A program made the position numbers and the translations under genes. From NCBI GenBank assembly GCA_963841735.1, contig CAWJDT010000001.1:640001-704000 (forward strand): DNA of 64,000 bases, written 5' to 3'. Origin of the DNA: an uncultured Actinomycetes bacterium. GTDB taxonomy: Bacteria > Actinomycetota > Thermoleophilia > RBG-16-64-13. The notes beneath the pieces are model-generated. The model searched no databases. It saw nothing but the letters and a program-made list of their open reading frames with translations, and was not told the DNA's origin. Positions within the stretch are counted from its first letter, which is position 1. The number at the start of each line of letters is the position of its first letter. Positions 61,754 through 64,000 of the stretch are shown here, in pieces.

Positions 61754-62995
61754 CTATTCTTCTTTGGGTTCAGCGGCCGATGAGGCGCGTGCAGCCAACT
61801 GGCCGCACGCAGCTTGTATGTCCGCTCCCTTGCTGCGCCGGACGACGGTCTCGATATGCGCTTCGAGCAACGTCTCGCGGAACGCCGCCACTGTTGCCGG
61901 CAGGCTCGGTTGAAACCGGGAGAAACGTGAGTCGGCGCCGCCGGAGTCAGACCCTCGTCCGGGGCCGGGGTCACGGGCTGTGGGATTGCGCGAACCACGC
62001 AGCGCGCGTTCGGTCGAACTCAAGTTGGTCCCCTCTCGCGGGGGCTTGCCCGCGGGTGGGTCCAGCAGGCTGCCTGCCGCTAGGCCGGCGACTGGATTCC
62101 AGACCAGAAGGTTGACCGCTACCACGTGACCACGCAGGAGGCCTGCCAGCCTCTTGGCGTGGTCGATCGAGTCGTTGACGCCGCGCAGCAGCACGTATTC
62201 CACAAGCAGCTTGCGATGGGTGATCGCAAAGTGTTGCCAGGCCGCCATCAATATCTCAGCGAGTGGGTGGAGGTACTTCTTGGGTATGAGGCGCGCACGC
62301 GTGTAGTCGTCCGCGGCATGCAGGGAAAGCGCGAGGTTGACCTGGGGCTCCGTATTGGCGAGTCGGATGATCCCGCTGGGGATACCGACGGTAGACACCG
62401 AAAGCGCGCGGTGGGCAACGGCCATCCCCTTGGGGTCGGTGAATATACGGATGGAATCCAGCACGGCTTGAAGATTGAGGAGGGGCTCGCCCATGCCCAT
62501 ATATACGATGTTGGAGATCCGGCGGCCTTCGTCCAGGGCCAGGGCAGAAACCGCTCGTGCCTGGTCCACGATCTCCGCGGTGCACAGGTTGCGGCGGAAG
62601 CCCAGGGCTCCAGTGGCGCAGAAGACGCAGCCCACCGGGCAGCCCGCCTGGCTGGATATGCAGAGGGTGACGCGCTTCTGGTAGGGCATCATGACGGTCT
62701 CAAGGAGTGCGCCGTCGCGGGCGCGAAGCAGCAGCTTGGTCGTACCGTCGGAGGCAGTCCGCGTCTCAACCGGAGCGAGATAGGACGCTTCGAGACTGTC
62801 GAGGGCCTGCCGGATGTCCGCCGGCAAGGCGCTGGCTTGTACGAAGGGCTGAAGGGGCCGCCGGACCAGGTGTTCGTAGACTTGGTCGTAGCGATACGCG
62901 GGGACCCCCGCGCGATCTAGGGCGTCGCGCAAATCGGGACGGTAGAGCGCGAGCAAGCCCCCCGGGAGGGAATCTGTGGTCTCTTGTTTACGCAC
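61754..62995 (-). CDS. rlmN: Dual-specificity RNA methyltransferase RlmN (radical SAM) with a loop insertion
   Basis: CISSQAGCPVGCVFCATG, MGMGEP, LSLHA, EYVLL.GVND, DIQAACGQL. Confidence 0.93.
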   Translation of the reverse strand: MRKQETTDSLPGGLLALYRPDLRDALDRAGVPAYRYDQVYEHLVRRPLQPFVQASALPADIRQALDSLEASYLAPVETRTASDGTTKLLLRARDGALLETVMMPYQKRVTLCISSQAGCPVGCVFCATGALGFRRNLCTAEIVDQARAVSALALDEGRRISNIVYMGMGEPLLNLQAVLDSIRIFTDPKGMAVAHRALSVSTVGIPSGIIRLANTEPQVNLALSLHAADDYTRARLIPKKYLHPLAEILMAAWQHFAITHRKLLVEYVLLRGVNDSIDHAKRLAGLLRGHVVAVNLLVWNPVAGLAAGSLLDPPAGKPPREGTNLSSTERALRGSRNPTARDPGPGRGSDSGGADSRFSRFQPSLPATVAAFRETLLEAHIETVVRRSKGADIQAACGQLAARASSAAEPKEE

Positions 62996-63862
62996 TTGGC
63001 TCCATTTCGGTGCTCTGTAGAGCTGTAGGAGGATAGAGTCTGGGTGAGACGGAGTCTCGTGCCTCGCTCGATAGATAGTAACTCCGCGGCGCTTGCTCCG
63101 TTCAGGGCGAGCGCCACCTGTCCCCAGGAATCGCAGAATATGCCCAGCTCGCCGGCGCGGAGTTCGCCGTAGGTCTTGACCACGCGGGCGTTCCAGTCAG
63201 GTAGGTCTTCGCCGACAATCTCCACCGCGAAGTCACCCTCCTGCGGAGATAGCAGGGAGAAGCGCAGGGCAAGCCCCGCGTTGCCGAAACGGTCGATCTC
63301 GATGACCTCGGCTACAGCTCCCTCGTCGCCGGCCTCGGCAAAGGGGGGAACCAGCGTAGTCAATCCCGCGGGGTCGATAGCAGATCCGAGCGAGGACGGG
63401 TGGATGCCGACGGCCAGGAGGGCGGCGGCTGGGGCGAATACATCCCGGCCGTGAAACGTGAAGGAGACCTCCCCGTCCGGCAGTGTGGCTTGGTGCCGGA
63501 GCCGAGCCGGTTCGAGCAGCCATGCGGACTCGAGGCCGCCCAGCGCCACTGCGGCGTCTAGGAGCAGACCGTTGTCGGGACCCACAAGAGCATCTCGGCG
63601 GGCGGTGATGAGAGCCAGAGGCCTCCTGACTGGTTCCCACACCTGGATCGACAACGGCCAAGTGAACAGCGGGAGGAAACAGCGGAGCCACCCTGCTGAG
63701 AGTGAGAGCTCCGGCGGGGACGTCGCCCGCGGGCACTTCATGCCAGACATGCAGGACCCGGACTTCTGGAGCAATCGTCGTCACCACCGCCTCGCAGGCG
63801 GCCACGTACCCCCCAGCCCAGCCGAAATCGCTGGTGAAGGTGATGATATCCAGTTCGCTCAT
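62917..63862 (-). CDS. SAM hydroxide adenosyltransferase/chlorinase-fluorinase family (DUF62), one indel near 63620
   Basis: ITFTSDFG, VHLAVVDPGVG, GPDNGLL, TFHGRDVFAP, IDRFGN. Confidence 0.9.
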
Positions 63863-64000
63863 GGCTCTCCCAGACCCACTCGCAGCAACACCTGCTGCAT
63901 GGAACACATGCTCGGGAAGTCCGTCTCGACCGATGCGCAACACCAGATTGGCAGGCCCTATCGCCTTCGCGGTCGACAGAGCCAGAGGAAGGGAGGCCTC

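Noticed and set aside
63863-64000. 3' end of a minus-strand gene at the window edge
   Set aside because: Too short to identify, and its frame relative to the DUF62 gene is ambiguous.

Overview
GC-rich bacterial chromosome segment spanning the replication origin. Left of the origin (mostly minus strand) lie dnaA-oriC-dnaN-yaaA-recF-dciA-gyrB-gyrA and tRNA-Ile/tRNA-Ala; right of it (plus strand) lie rpmH-rnpA-yidD-yidC-jag-mnmE-(mnmG paralog)-mnmG-rsmG-parA-parB, with a parS site inside mnmG. Gene content suggests a deep-branching Actinomycetota (Thermoleophilia/Coriobacteriia-like); this is inference only. Accessory content: an nrdR-nrdJ operon with tandem NrdR boxes, an MtrAB/LpqB-like two-component locus, a MalT-like regulator, and a csaB/tagA/murJ/wecB pyruvylated cell-wall-polymer cluster. 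Many genes, including essential gyrA, gyrB and nrdJ, are split by small indels that are most likely assembly errors. Best candidates for new biology: (1) an RsbT-like GHKL kinase/ATPase fused to a winged HTH, encoded directly upstream of dnaA between two DnaA-box clusters; (2) intact but apparently catalytically dead paralogs (CbiA/CobB-like, MnmG-like, GGDEF-like); (3) an S-layer-type secondary cell wall polymer locus; (4) a branched structured RNA candidate upstream of cobO. All family assignments come from motif recognition by eye; no searches were run.
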